This document shows positions 37,704-48,770 of a stretch of DNA of 64,000 nucleotides, piece after piece; position 1 is the stretch's first letter, and the number at the start of each line of letters is the position of its first letter. A program made the translations under genes and the position numbers. The notes under the pieces are model-generated. The model saw only the letters and a list, made by a program, of their open reading frames with translations, did no database searches and was not told the DNA's origin. Source of the stretch: Ginglymostoma cirratum (Eukaryota); assembly GCA_024137785.1 (NCBI GenBank), contig JAHRHZ010000051.1:12012824-12076823 (forward strand), in the 5' to 3' direction.

Positions 37704-38207
37704 AACAACAAACCAGCTTGGTGAGCCAACCAACCTCAACACACACAACCCAAGCTACAAATCTACTCCAAAACCTTAGAGCCTTGTCTAAAGCTTCAAA
37801 CTCGACGGGGATGCTTGTGAAGTTCATATTCAAGTCTAATTGGATCTTTTGCAAAATCTACACCTTAATGTTAGCACTGAACCTGGTGGTACAGTAACTC
37901 TGATTTCCAAGAGACTATAACTGACAGAAGGCCCAACGGTTCCCATTTTCTTCATGCTTATGTCCAAAGTGGACTTGAACACTCTGGATTCTGATCGAAC
38001 GGGACAGTAGCTGTTATGAGACATCCAGAACCAAGCATACAAGGGCTGAAGCACGGCCTTTTGCTCCTTGTCCTGTTTTACTGACCACCCCCGTCCCTGG
38101 CCCAGCTCTCCTGAAGCTTATACCCTCAAAAGGAAATGCCATCTAAAACAGAGACAGAAGCAACAGTGCAGAAAGTGGGGTCGAATAAGAGAGGGCCGTG
38201 TAGCTGG

Positions 38208-38340
38208 GGAGAAAGAGAGAGTCAGAGAGTGAGAGTGAGTGAGAGAGTGAGAGTGAGAATGCGAAACCAAGAAAGGGGGAGGGAAGAAAGAGTGATAGGA
38301 GAGAAAGGGGAGGTGGAGAAAGAGAGGAGAGAGAACAGGA
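38208..38340. repeat. GA-rich low-complexity / (GAGAGT)n tract
   Basis: gagagagtcagagagtgagagtgagtgagagagtgagagtgaga... Confidence 0.8.
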
Positions 38341-38904
38341 ATGTGGGTGTATGGCTCAGTATTTGGAGAAGGTCTCGTTTGCCATGTATTAGGGCTCACA
38401 ATGTTGCAGAATCATTTGCATTCTTCACCTGTGTGCCAGATAGAGGGGAAACATGTTCCCAGTGAGGAAGACGAGCCAGTAAAACAGGCAGCTGGGAGAG
38501 AACCACCTGAACCACATCCATTATTCAATGACAATGATGGGCGGAGGGTGTGTTTAGCGACACATGTACAGCACTGATAATGGCAAGTACATCGGCAGTT
38601 GAAATATCATGTCATTGCTGGTTTCTTTGGAACAAACATTGTGAGAAAGATACCAAGGCTCCCCGATTGTTTGGCAAGTTTAGCCAGTGAGTAGCTAAGC
38701 TCAGTTCAGTCTGTTTATGTCCCAAATTGGCCAATCTCATCTGGCAGGCATCAGTAATATGGATTACAGGGAAGATCAAGTAGAACGGAGCTCCCAGTTC
38801 TTGTAGAAGCTGGCATATGGCATCAGGTGGGAAATGAATTGGCTTCATCGGTGATGCACTCAAAGCCAAATAGCTTATTACTCATTGTCTCACTCTTGAG
38901 CAAG

Positions 38905-39185
38905 CTACAGCTTGGCTTAGTTGGTAAAATTCTCATCTTTGAATGAGAAGATTGTGCATGTAAGGCTCAGCTCGGGGAGGGGCTCATTCAAGCTGACCGT
39001 CCAATAATACTTCATTATCCAGTGAAATACTCTGGGAATGCTGTACTGCCACCAGTGCCTGCTCCCTCTGCACTGGCCTTCTGACAACGCGAGCCTCCCC
39101 CTGCACTGACCCTCCGACAACGTGAGCCTCCCCCTGCACTGACCCTCCGACAACATGACCCTCCCTCAGCACTGACCCTCAGCAT
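38905..39185. repeat. DeuSINE 5' fragment followed by a 33-bp minisatellite from the opposite strand of the Deu domain
   Basis: Head cagcttggcttagttggt...; ~3.5 units of ctccccctgcactgaccctccgacaacg(c/t)gagc at 39062-39185. Confidence 0.7.
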
Positions 39186-40547
39186 TGATTAAGACCCCTG
39201 TTACAATGGAGACTGAACATCATCTGATACACTTCAAGCAAGAACTGGCGCCCCATCTAATAAAACTCTGTTAAGGATGACACCAAAGCCAGATTTCCTA
39301 GTTATTCATGCTGCCACACACAGCCATGAGATAACACCATTGATTACTGTTCAAGATAGCTCACATGGCCTGTTACTACATCGATAAAGGTGATTTTTCC
39401 TTTGAAAGCTGACATATGGGGAGGCAGAAATTGGACAGACATGAAGTTAACGAAGACGGCATTATCCAGAGTAGACATCAAGGAACCGGAGCATTGACAC
39501 TTAGAAAGGTAAGTGTTCAAGCCTCTCTCTCTGTTTTACTTCCTTTAATAAACGTTTAGGTAAACAGTAAAAGTTACTAATGCTCACCAATGAAAGCTGA
39601 GGAGCGGTATATACTTGCACTCTCCCTTAGCCAGGGCAGCCTGCGTCACAAGTAAACAGCTAGAACAGAAGTAGTAAATGGTCAGAAGCTGAAACAGAAA
39701 CTACATGGAGTTTAAACAGCTCATAATCCAACTTTCACCATTTGCAACACTTGGTTGAATGCTGGAAAATATCGACAAATTCTGGAAGCACTTTATTTGC
39801 TACTTTTTTTTCCTCAAATAGTAAGACTTCTTTTTCTCAAAGGCATGCGATACATTTCCGAAGACAAATAGCTCCTAAGTTCTGAATTACATTCCACATT
39901 TTCTAAATTTAAATTAGACCTGACTTCTCTCGGTGAATGCACTATTGTATTCGAAGTCAAACCGACAGCTTAATCATTCTGAGCACAAGACCACAGTCAC
40001 TCAGATTGATTCTGCGTGATTATTTAAATCGGATAATCTACTTACCCAGCAATAATATCCTATTAATCGTGATGCAAATTTCTTCACCCTGCTTGCACTG
40101 TTTGGAAGAACTCCGCTTACACGTCATCTTTCTGGCTATAAAAGCAACTTGGATGTTATCTCAGCTTACCTGCAATGAGGAGGAAACTGATGGACACAAC
40201 ATTCGAGTCCTTTCGGTAGTGGGCCTTTACGCTGACAACAGTGACATTGTGTGTTTAGTCAGTCATCAAACTATTCCTTTCAGCTGGAACTTGGTCAGTC
40301 CTAGTCACCGGTGCCACTGGAATATAAATAGGGAACATTATTAAAAGCGAGGTGGAGGTTCAATGTTTCCAGCTTGGGAGATTATACCCGACCCAAATTA
40401 ATTTTACTGCAGAAGAACGAAGAGCTTGCGTTTATGCAGCTTCTTTAGGACACGTCAATTCTGTAGCCACTCAAGGTCCTGTGCTAAACCTCAGAACCAA
40501 TGCACACAAAAGGACACTGAGGGAACTCTGCTCTTTTTACGGGTTGT

Positions 40548-40945
40548 AAGAATGTAAGAAACAGGAAGAGAGGCCATTTGGCCCATTGATCCTTTTTTGC
40601 TCTTCAATGGAACGTGGCCAGATACTTTACTTTTAATTCTCACCTGCATCCATGTCTCTTAATTCCCAAAAGTCTGTTGTCTATTTCTGCCTTAAATGCC
40701 AATTAAGGAGAATCTGCAACCCTCTGGGATAGAAAATTCTAAAGATTTGCAATTCTCAGAGTGAGGAAATTGATTCTCACCTCAGTACTAAATGATTAAC
40801 TCCTTATCCTGAGATGCCACCCTTCTTCCAAATTCCCGCAGGGGAAACAATCCCTCAGTGTTGACCCTGCAAATCCCCTTCTGAAGTTTCAACAAGATCA
40901 CCTCTCGTATCGCTAAACTCCAGGCAGTACAGACCCAATGGACTC
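40548..40945 (-). mobile_element. CR1 3' fragment
   Basis: taagaatgtaagaaacaggaagagaggccatttggccc...ctctgggatagaaaattctaaagatt...aagatcacctctc. Confidence 0.75.
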
Positions 40946-41204
40946 AGCGTGTTGTCTCATTTGGAGCTCACACTGAGTAGGCAGACAGGACCCTGGCTAA
41001 GTACCTTATCTGAAACGCGGCACTTCCGGCAATGAAGCACTAAAAGACCTCAGCACTCCTGAAGCGTCAGCTCTGAAACGCTGGGGTGAGCTTGCAGCCT
41101 TTAACTCTGAGGCAACAAAACAACCACTAAGCTGGGGTAAGGTCACTTTGCAACTAAAACATGTTTCTCCAATCAGACAGCCCTGCTAAGTGTTATTCAG
41201 TGCA

Positions 41205-41206
<2 letters not shown>

Positions 41207-41236
<30 letters not shown>
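41207..41236. repeat. (CT)n microsatellite
   Basis: Uninterrupted ctctct run. Confidence 0.95.
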
Positions 41237-41240
<4 letters not shown>

Positions 41241-41389
41241 CCCTTTAGATTTGCTCTCCTCTCTGCTCCTTACCAGAAGCTTGGTGGCTGCCACATGTGC
41301 CAATTTGCCATGGGGCAATAACAGCTGCTTTCTTCAGTGTGGCATCAGTTGGTAGTCCTCAGAAATAAAGCTCCTTAATGTCAGAACAA

Positions 41390-42723
41390 TGGTCACACTG
41401 AGAACTGGCACCACCTCTCCAAAGACAGCCGGTACGATCAAATGACAATTGAGGTTGCACTTAGGGACCTTTCAATTTACAAGACAGCTACAGATGGCAG
41501 CCTGACACTATCAATAGCTTTATTGGCAAACAAGGCAACTCTGCTGATTCCAAAGAACCATGCAGCAGTTTCCCCCAGCTATAGTCAGCTACTGGTGGCA
41601 GCAAGCACGTCCTTCATTTATAACTTGTAGCCTATTGCATGCTGAGATAATATCCTATTATGCCAAAACACCTCAATACATCTTACATAATTATGTGGAT
41701 AAATGGGGTTTGTTGTGCAGTTCCAAATGGGTGGCATGCATCTCCTAATAATGTCACACTCATTTGTCACAAAGGCATATTTCACGGAAGGTCCATGACC
41801 AGAAATAAACTAACTTTGAAATTACCACACACAAGCAAAATTATACACATGCATTAGAATTAGTGTTGCAGATAGTCAATACAATACAAATGCAACTTAG
41901 TTGAGGCTCCAAAATAATGGAAATTATTATTGAAATATTTCTAAGTAATATTCTCTAGGACTGAAGCATAGCATCTCTTCGTCCCAACTCAAGCAACGGC
42001 TTTTCTTCCCAACCTCTTGCCTCCAAATATTCACTTCCACATCGCCATGTTGCCCACTGGCAACGTCTCCTGCAGTTCTGATGCTCAGTGCTGGTCGTGA
42101 CTCAACTGGTAGCACTCTTTGTTCTGAATCACAAGGTTCGAGGCCTACTCCAGAGTGTGACCACAAAGCTGGTAACTCTGGTTATCCGAAATATCCGAAA
42201 TGGGATATCCGAAATTATTATCTCTCAAGTGAAGAGGGATGAACTGGTTCCTCTCCTTCTTGGCTGGTTGTAACAAAGTTCACACTGGTCACACTGAGAA
42301 CTGGCACCACCTCTCCAAAGACAGCCGGTACGATCAAATGACAATTGAGGTTGCACTTAGGGACCTTTCAATTTACAAGACAGCTACAGATGGCAGCCTG
42401 ACACTATCAATAGCTTTATTGGCAAACAAGGCAACTCTGCTGATTCCAAAGAACCATGCAGCAGTTTCCCCCAGCTATAGTCAGCTACTGGTGGCAGCAA
42501 GCACGTCCTTCATTTATAACTTGTAGCCTATTGCATGCTGAGATAATATCCTATTATGCCAAAACACCTCAATACATCTTACATAATTATGTGGATAAAT
42601 GGGGTTTGTTGTGCAGTTCCAAATGGGTGGCATGCATCTCCTAATAATGTCACACTCATTTGTCACAAAGGCATACTTCACGGAAGGTCCATGACCAGAA
42701 ATAAACTAACTTTGAAATTACCA
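41390..42723 (+). repeat. 438-bp direct duplication (41390-41827 and 42286-42723), probably an assembly artefact
   Basis: Copies identical by eye except ggcatatttc vs ggcatacttc; second copy abuts a 10-N gap. Confidence 0.85.
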
Positions 42724-43110
42724 NNNNNNNNNNGTTCGAGGCCTACTCCAGAGTGTGACCACAAAGCTGGTAACTCTGGTACAGCGTGGCACTCCGAGGT
42801 GCTGCTGCTTGAATGAAATGATAAACTGAGGCCTCGGTTGGCTGCTTGGGTAGGTGCAAAAGACCTCATGACACTATTCTGAAGAAAAACAAAGTGGTAT
42901 CCACTGTACGTTGAATATTCAGTATTCCACCCAACACCTTTTGCTTCAGTCAACAACATAAAATGGATCATTTGTCCATGATCACGTTGCTGTTGTATGA
43001 CCTTGCCGCAGGCACACTGGCTGCTGGGGTTTCTGCATTACGACAGTATCTGCATTTCATAAGTAAAGCACTTTGGAGATAGCTTGTGGTGATGAAAAGT
43101 GCTAGACTGC
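42085..43110 (+). mobile_element. DeuSINE split by the duplicated/chimeric block
   Basis: Head gtgactcaactggtagcactc...ggttcgaggcc at 42098-42182; continues after the gap at 42734-43110 with Deu domain and tail. Confidence 0.7.
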
Positions 43111-44744
43111 TACAACCAATCCCTCAGTGAGCCCCCTCAATCTGTCATGGTTCCATATGGGATATCCGAAATTATTATCTCTCAAGTGAAGAGGGATGAA
43201 CTGGTTCCTCTCCTTCTTGGCTGGTTGTAACAAAGTTCACTGCAAACAGAATCCTTTCTCTCCTGAAGACCTTTCTCCGAGATGCAAATGAATTTATGTT
43301 TTATAAGGAGCTAATTTTGCAAGATTTTCTTGAGTTAAAAGGAGAATTGGGTTAATCGGACAAACCTAAGTGTCCATGGCAGTACACTTTAAAATCACAG
43401 CTAGCCTTGAACCTTCAACGTGTTAGGTCACAATGTCAATGGTACCGAGACAAATGGGTCAGATAGGCAATAATACACAAATAAAACAAAGCAAACTGCT
43501 TGCTGCGCTTAAAATGCATTTAGAAACAATTACACAGGAACAGGTGGAGCACTGGGCCTCAAAACACTAAGTTGTTGGTCACCAACCATTAGAACTAGCC
43601 AAGAGAATTCGACCAGTTCCAAAGAATTTAATCTATTAATGCAATGGCAGTTGTATTCAACCTCACCACAGGGACACTACAAATGAATACCAGCCAATCA
43701 GAAATATTAAAACTTCTGAGCAGCCTGGTTTTGTTACAAATCGTCGGTGAGCATGACTCAATCTTAGCACGTTTAAATGTTTTAATTGCAAGTGGATTAT
43801 GCATGTAGTTTGCGGGACAATGTGCTGAACTAATCAGCTCCGATTTGCATCAATTTTCTGCTACTTTCTTGGTGATTTCTCAAACCAAACACACAAAACC
43901 TGCCAGCGCTCGAAAAATATTACTTTTAATTATTTTTCATGGAACATATTAAAATGTATGGCCCCATGACTCAACTGGAATTTCAACTGTTTGCTGTTGG
44001 CTTTGCATGTCGATTCTGATTGAGACACATTTCAGAGCCTGATAAAGGGGGGACTATGTGCTCAAATTGCACCCAGTAACCTGAGCAACTTACTTTGCCC
44101 TCCCATTTTATCGATGAAAAGTTAGGAAAAACCCAGCTTTCCAAAATAGCATAACTTACTCGCGAGGTCAGCATATAAGCCTTGGAACATCACTCCATTG
44201 GTAGGAGTCAACTTATACGGCAAGGATATACATGGACATCTGTTGAGGATGGTTATCATTATGGAATCTTTTTTGGTATCCAATGCATGTGTGACCATGT
44301 TTTAATCTCCAATGCATCTTCAAATGCTGTCCATATCACCTAGCTGATTCTTTGTGCTACAAGGTATCATTAAATAGGCCACATGTTTCAGCAGAGAAAA
44401 CTACAGGCTGACTACTAAGTATGTGAAAGTATAGCACATCATGTTTGAAAAAAGAGGGAATGACTTACATTCTGAGTACATGGGGATTAGAAACAAACAA
44501 CATTTTAAGGACAGGCAGAATGGGTTGACTTAGTCATTCTCCTAAATCAGAGTATGAGTGTTGGTGCCTTGTGTATAGGAGCTGTGAGGTCAGTCAATGC
44601 TGGCCATAACACTATTCCACCACATGGCAGAATGACAGCTTAAGCCTGTGGTAAGATCTCACATCTCACAGCACAGAAGGAGGCCAGTCAGCACCACCCA
44701 CCTGCTCTTTCCCAAAAGAATAGTTCCTTTTTGAACAGAGAATG

Positions 44745-45100
44745 ATGTTGCATTTATATGGCTCCTATCACAGCCGCCAGGAGTCCCAAAGTGTTTTACT
44801 GTCAATGAAGCACTTTTTGAAGTGCAGCCAATTTGCACACAGTAAGCTCCCACAAACAGCAATGTTTTAATAATCAGACTATTTTTGTGATTGAGCAATA
44901 CATATTGGTCAGGACCCCAGGGATAACTCATTTGCTCTTCTCTGAAATAGTGCCATGGGATGTTTAATATCCATCCAAGCAGGCAGATGGGTTTCGGCTT
45001 TAACCTCATCCAAAAGGTGACATGCCAGCATTGTGGTGCTCCCACTGTACTGATGCCATGCAGTGGGACTGGCACATACACACCTGACTCTTTAGCCAGA
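44745..45100 (-). mobile_element. DeuSINE
   Basis: ttgcatttatatgg...cagccaatttgcacacagtaagctcccacaaacagcaatg...tctgaaatagtgccatgggat. Confidence 0.8.
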
Positions 45101-45425
45101 GTGAGATCAGCATTTGGAACTTGGGGCAGCTGTGGCAAATACCGCAGATGCATTTAAAGGGGAATCCTGGATCAGCCAATGAGGCAGAAAATTATGTTGA
45201 TAGGGAGGGATGAAAGAAGATTAATGTTAAATAGGAACACCAGCACAGGTTGGCTGGGTCTGGTGGCCATTCAATGCAACGCTCTTTTGTAAGTTACTGC
45301 TTCCAACACTCTTTCCAAGTGGCCAAATCTGTTTCTCACCCAATAACCTGATAGAGGTCACTGGATAATGATCAAGTACTTTGCTGCGTCACTTTCCTTC
45401 AGCAACACATTTCACTACAGAGTGT

Positions 45426-46067
45426 TTCAGAGATAGTAGGAACTGCAGATGCTGGAGAATCTGAGGTAACAAGGTGTAGAGCTGGATGAACACAGCAGGC
45501 CAAGCAGCATCAGAGGAGCAGGAAGGCTGACGTTTCGGGCCTAGANNNNNNNNNNNNNNNNNNNNNNNNNNNNNNNNNNNNNNNNNNNNNNNNNNNNNNN
45601 NNNNNNNNNNNNNNNNNNNNNNNNNNNNNNNNNNNNNNNNNNNNNNNNNNNNNNNNNNNNNNNNNNNNNNNNNNNNNNNNNNNNNNNNNNNNNNNNNNNN
45701 NNNNNNNNNNNNNNNNNNNNNNNNNNNNNNNNNNNNNNNNNNNNNNNNNNNNNNNNNNNNNNNNNNNNNNNNNNNNNNNNNNNNNNNNNNNNNNNNNNNN
45801 NNNNNNNNNNNNNNNNNNNNNNNNNNNNNNNNNNNNNNNNNNNNNNNNNNNNNNNNNNNNNNNNNNNNNNNNNNNNNNNNNNNNNNNNNNNNNNNNNNNN
45901 NNNNNNNNNNNNNNNNNNNNNNNNNNNNNNNNNNNNNNNNNNNNNTGACATTTCGGGCCTCGACGCTTCTTCAGAAAGAAGAAGGGTCTAGGCCCGAAAC
46001 GTCAGCCTTCCTGCTCCTCTGATGCTGCTTGGCCTGCTGTGTTCATCCAGCTCTACACCTTGTTATA
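45426..46067. mobile_element. Palindromic non-autonomous PLE insertion (contains 400-N gap)
   Basis: Tail-bearing left arm and tail-less right arm; 14-bp TSD tcactaca(g/a)agtgt at 45412-45425 and 46068-46081; centre cttcttcagaaagaagaaggg. Confidence 0.85.
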
Positions 46068-46884
46068 TCACTACAAAGTGTGGCTCTTTTGTGTTCCAGT
46101 ACAATCTATAATAGAACCACGGTGCAGTCGTTCAATGGAGAGAAACCACTGCCTCTGCAGGAGACCTACACAAAGATGCAGTTGTGTGTATTTCTCTTGG
46201 ATAGCTGTGCTAAACCGATGGCTGGTATAAATCACCAGCAGCTCCGAAGCCTGTCAGTTTGTGGACTGTAGGTGAACTGAGTATTCCATCTCGACAGTGA
46301 GGAGTATGAAGTTAAGCTTTCTTGCAAGTACTGGAATTGGATGCATCAGCACTTTCACTGCTGTAAGGGATATCTCATTTATCTCTCTACCCTTCAACTA
46401 GATCTTTATTATCTACGGTGTGCAAGCCAAGTGTGAAACAGAAAAATCTGCTGCAGATTGCTGCATGTTCAACAGAATCATTGCTGGGAGGAGATGTGTG
46501 AAAGTAGGGAGACACCCAACCACTCAAGAAGATACACGAGTTTGAAATCAACATCTGCAAACTTGCAATAAAGAAGCTGCATCTCTTCGAAAGAGGTACG
46601 TGGGAAAGCTACATTGTTGTCCACAAGACTTAGACCTATCAACAAAGCAGTGGCATTTCTTGCGAGTCGAACGGATATTGTGATGCTGTAAAAAGACAGT
46701 TCAGAACCTATCCCTGACATTGATAATGCTGTTGAGGTACCATTGAAGCCAGCCTTGCAGCTTACTCGACAGCAGGCGGAGAGATTTAGCCAGTCCATGT
46801 AGGACAACCAATTTTTTTTTTTTACTTGTTGAACTGTACAGAATTTCAGAAATCCACTAGAACTTACATCTCTGTAACTGTCTC

Positions 46885-47175
46885 TCGCCCTACAATCCTC
46901 TGCAGATCCTTCACGCCTTCAATACTGGCACATCCAGCATAACCTCAACTGTCATGGCTCCAGCTTTGGTGGCCTTAGCTGCCTAAACCTAATCTTCTGA
47001 AAATCCTCCTCTGAACATTTCTACCTCAACAATAATCCTCAAATCCTGTTTCTTTGACACGACATTCGGTCACCTGCCTTAATATCTCCTTATGTGGCTC
47101 AGTGTCAAGCATTTGTCTGGCAACACCGTGGCAAAGTGTCTTTTACGACATTAAAAGTGCTATATAAATGCAAGC
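46885..47175 (+). mobile_element. L2-like LINE 3' end
   Basis: tttggtggccttagctgcctaaacctaatcttctg...ctttgacacgacattcggtcacctg...attaaaagtgctatataaatgcaag. Confidence 0.7.
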
Positions 47176-47989
47176 TTTAATCTTGGTCAATAAAATGGCG
47201 ATGCCCTCATTGATTGTTGAAATAGTTCTGTGATATAAACAGGGGAATTCTAATTGTCTGGTAATTGTACAGACAGGCCGCACAAATGAATGAGAAACAC
47301 ACCAAAGTGCCCACAGCTACCATTTCCTGAGGAATTTTAATGAACTGATTGAACAACGGCCTGCAGGTTTTCTAAACCCTATTTAACCCACCAACACCAG
47401 TCACAATATTTGACCGAGGACGCTGCCCAAAACATAGGACAGAGTTGTGGTTATCTCCTTTTCTGCACTTGACAATTCCTTCTGCACCCTAGAAACAGAG
47501 TTGGTCAGCAAAAAGATTTCCTTTAAGGCTTTCCCTTTCAAATTTAGTTCTTTCACTTTCAGGAGAAAGAAATCCCGTTAACAGCAAAAAAACTTGCATT
47601 TTCATTCCATAGTTTCATTTGTTTTCGATTTTTCTTCCAAATTGTCTTGGTATCTTCAAGATTAGGAATTTGTGACTATAGGTGGTAGTGGTGGGAGGCC
47701 CGCTGCTCTCAGGATCAGGAGCGTGGATGGGCTGAACAGACTGAATGGTAGAGATTTGACTGACTTCTATCCATTCACTGAATCCTGCTCACTTGGCTAA
47801 ATGATCCTTCACCTGAGAACTGGCAGGGGCAGCCAACCCAGTTTTGCCCGTGAACACCTCACCTTCTCCTGCCTTCCTAAAGTTCTGAAATCTGTTATTA
47901 CCCAAGCCCTAAGCCAATTTCTGCACCAACACATTGAGCCTCCCCTCCTCTCTTAACATATATTGCTTCCTCTATTTCCTTAGCTTATC

Positions 47990-48770
47990 AACTCCTATCT
48001 TTAGTCAGCCTGTTCATCTTTTGGAACTCTTCTGCTCCGAACTCACTGATGTCCTCAGACTTGCCCATCTCACATGATGTTTTCAATCCCAAGATTTCAA
48101 TTCCTCATTCAGACATGTCTCACTACTCCCTCATTACCAACTCAACCCACATGCCCTTCCTCCTCCAAATATATCACCCTGACTATCAAGCTGAAAACAA
48201 ACTCTTTGTCAGCTTTCATAAATCCAAATCACCAAAAATTCAAATTTCCTGCCAACTTCAATGATCCCTCCTATTCCCCAACAACTTCAAACCAAGCTTC
48301 CCAGTCACCGTGAAGTCTTATTTACATCTATCCTTACCCACATTTTTAAAATGCATCTGCTCCAGAAAATTAACTTCCTGCTTCCTTCCCTATCTCAGAA
48401 CAGTCAACAAACCCTTTTAACACCCATGCTAACATGGCCAATGGCTTATTTCCTACAGGCATGTCTTCTTCCTTTTAAAATGTCTGTGATCACCTTTCTC
48501 TTAAAGAACCTGAAGTAGCGTCCTGTGCTCACCAGTGATGGCAACTCTTGGACATTTCTTCAACTTCACACCAGGACTCCCCAGTTGGAAAGACATCCCT
48601 ATTTAATTTTTGTACCCACATTCACTGTTGGATTTCTTCACATCTTCCAGTGGCAAGGCCACTTTGGTCAAGTCACTAATAGACTTACTCCGTACCGATG
48701 ATGCACTCTTGCTGCTTGTTCTCCTCAATCACTTTGCAGTGACTAATACAATGGGCCACTATCGTCCGTC
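47990..48770 (+). mobile_element. Highly decayed L2 ORF2 (RT) remnant
   Basis: PFKMSVITFLLKN resembles FKxAVITPLLKK and LLVLLNHFAVTNTMGH resembles LLVLLDLSAAFDTVDH of L2/CR1 RTs. Confidence 0.6.

Larger units (their letters stand above)
36219..37778. mobile_element. Penelope-like retroelement, fold-back (inverted) insertion with 15-bp TSD
   Basis: Minus arm ~37160->36219 (RT + endonuclease + 3' end) and plus arm ~37160->37778 (endonuclease + 3' end); perfect TSD gagccttgtctaaag at 36204-36218 and 37779-37793. Confidence 0.93.

Noticed and set aside
41390-42723. Duplicated 62-95-aa ORFs as a tandem gene pair
   Set aside because: They arise from a near-identical duplication next to an assembly gap; no homology
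44659-45153. Longest ORF in the track (164 aa)
   Set aside because: Lies over a DeuSINE; repeat-derived chance ORF
45541-45951. ORFs running through N gaps (also 27468-27926)
   Set aside because: Artefacts of undetermined bases
9491-46067. Palindromic repeats read as a CRISPR array or as DNA-transposon MITEs
   Set aside because: Dispersed kilobases apart with no spacer periodicity or cas genes; asymmetric ends, variable centres and ~14-bp TSDs fit PLE retrotransposition better
46478-46807. 109-aa minus-strand ORF in unique sequence
   Set aside because: No recognisable protein similarity in the frames I translated
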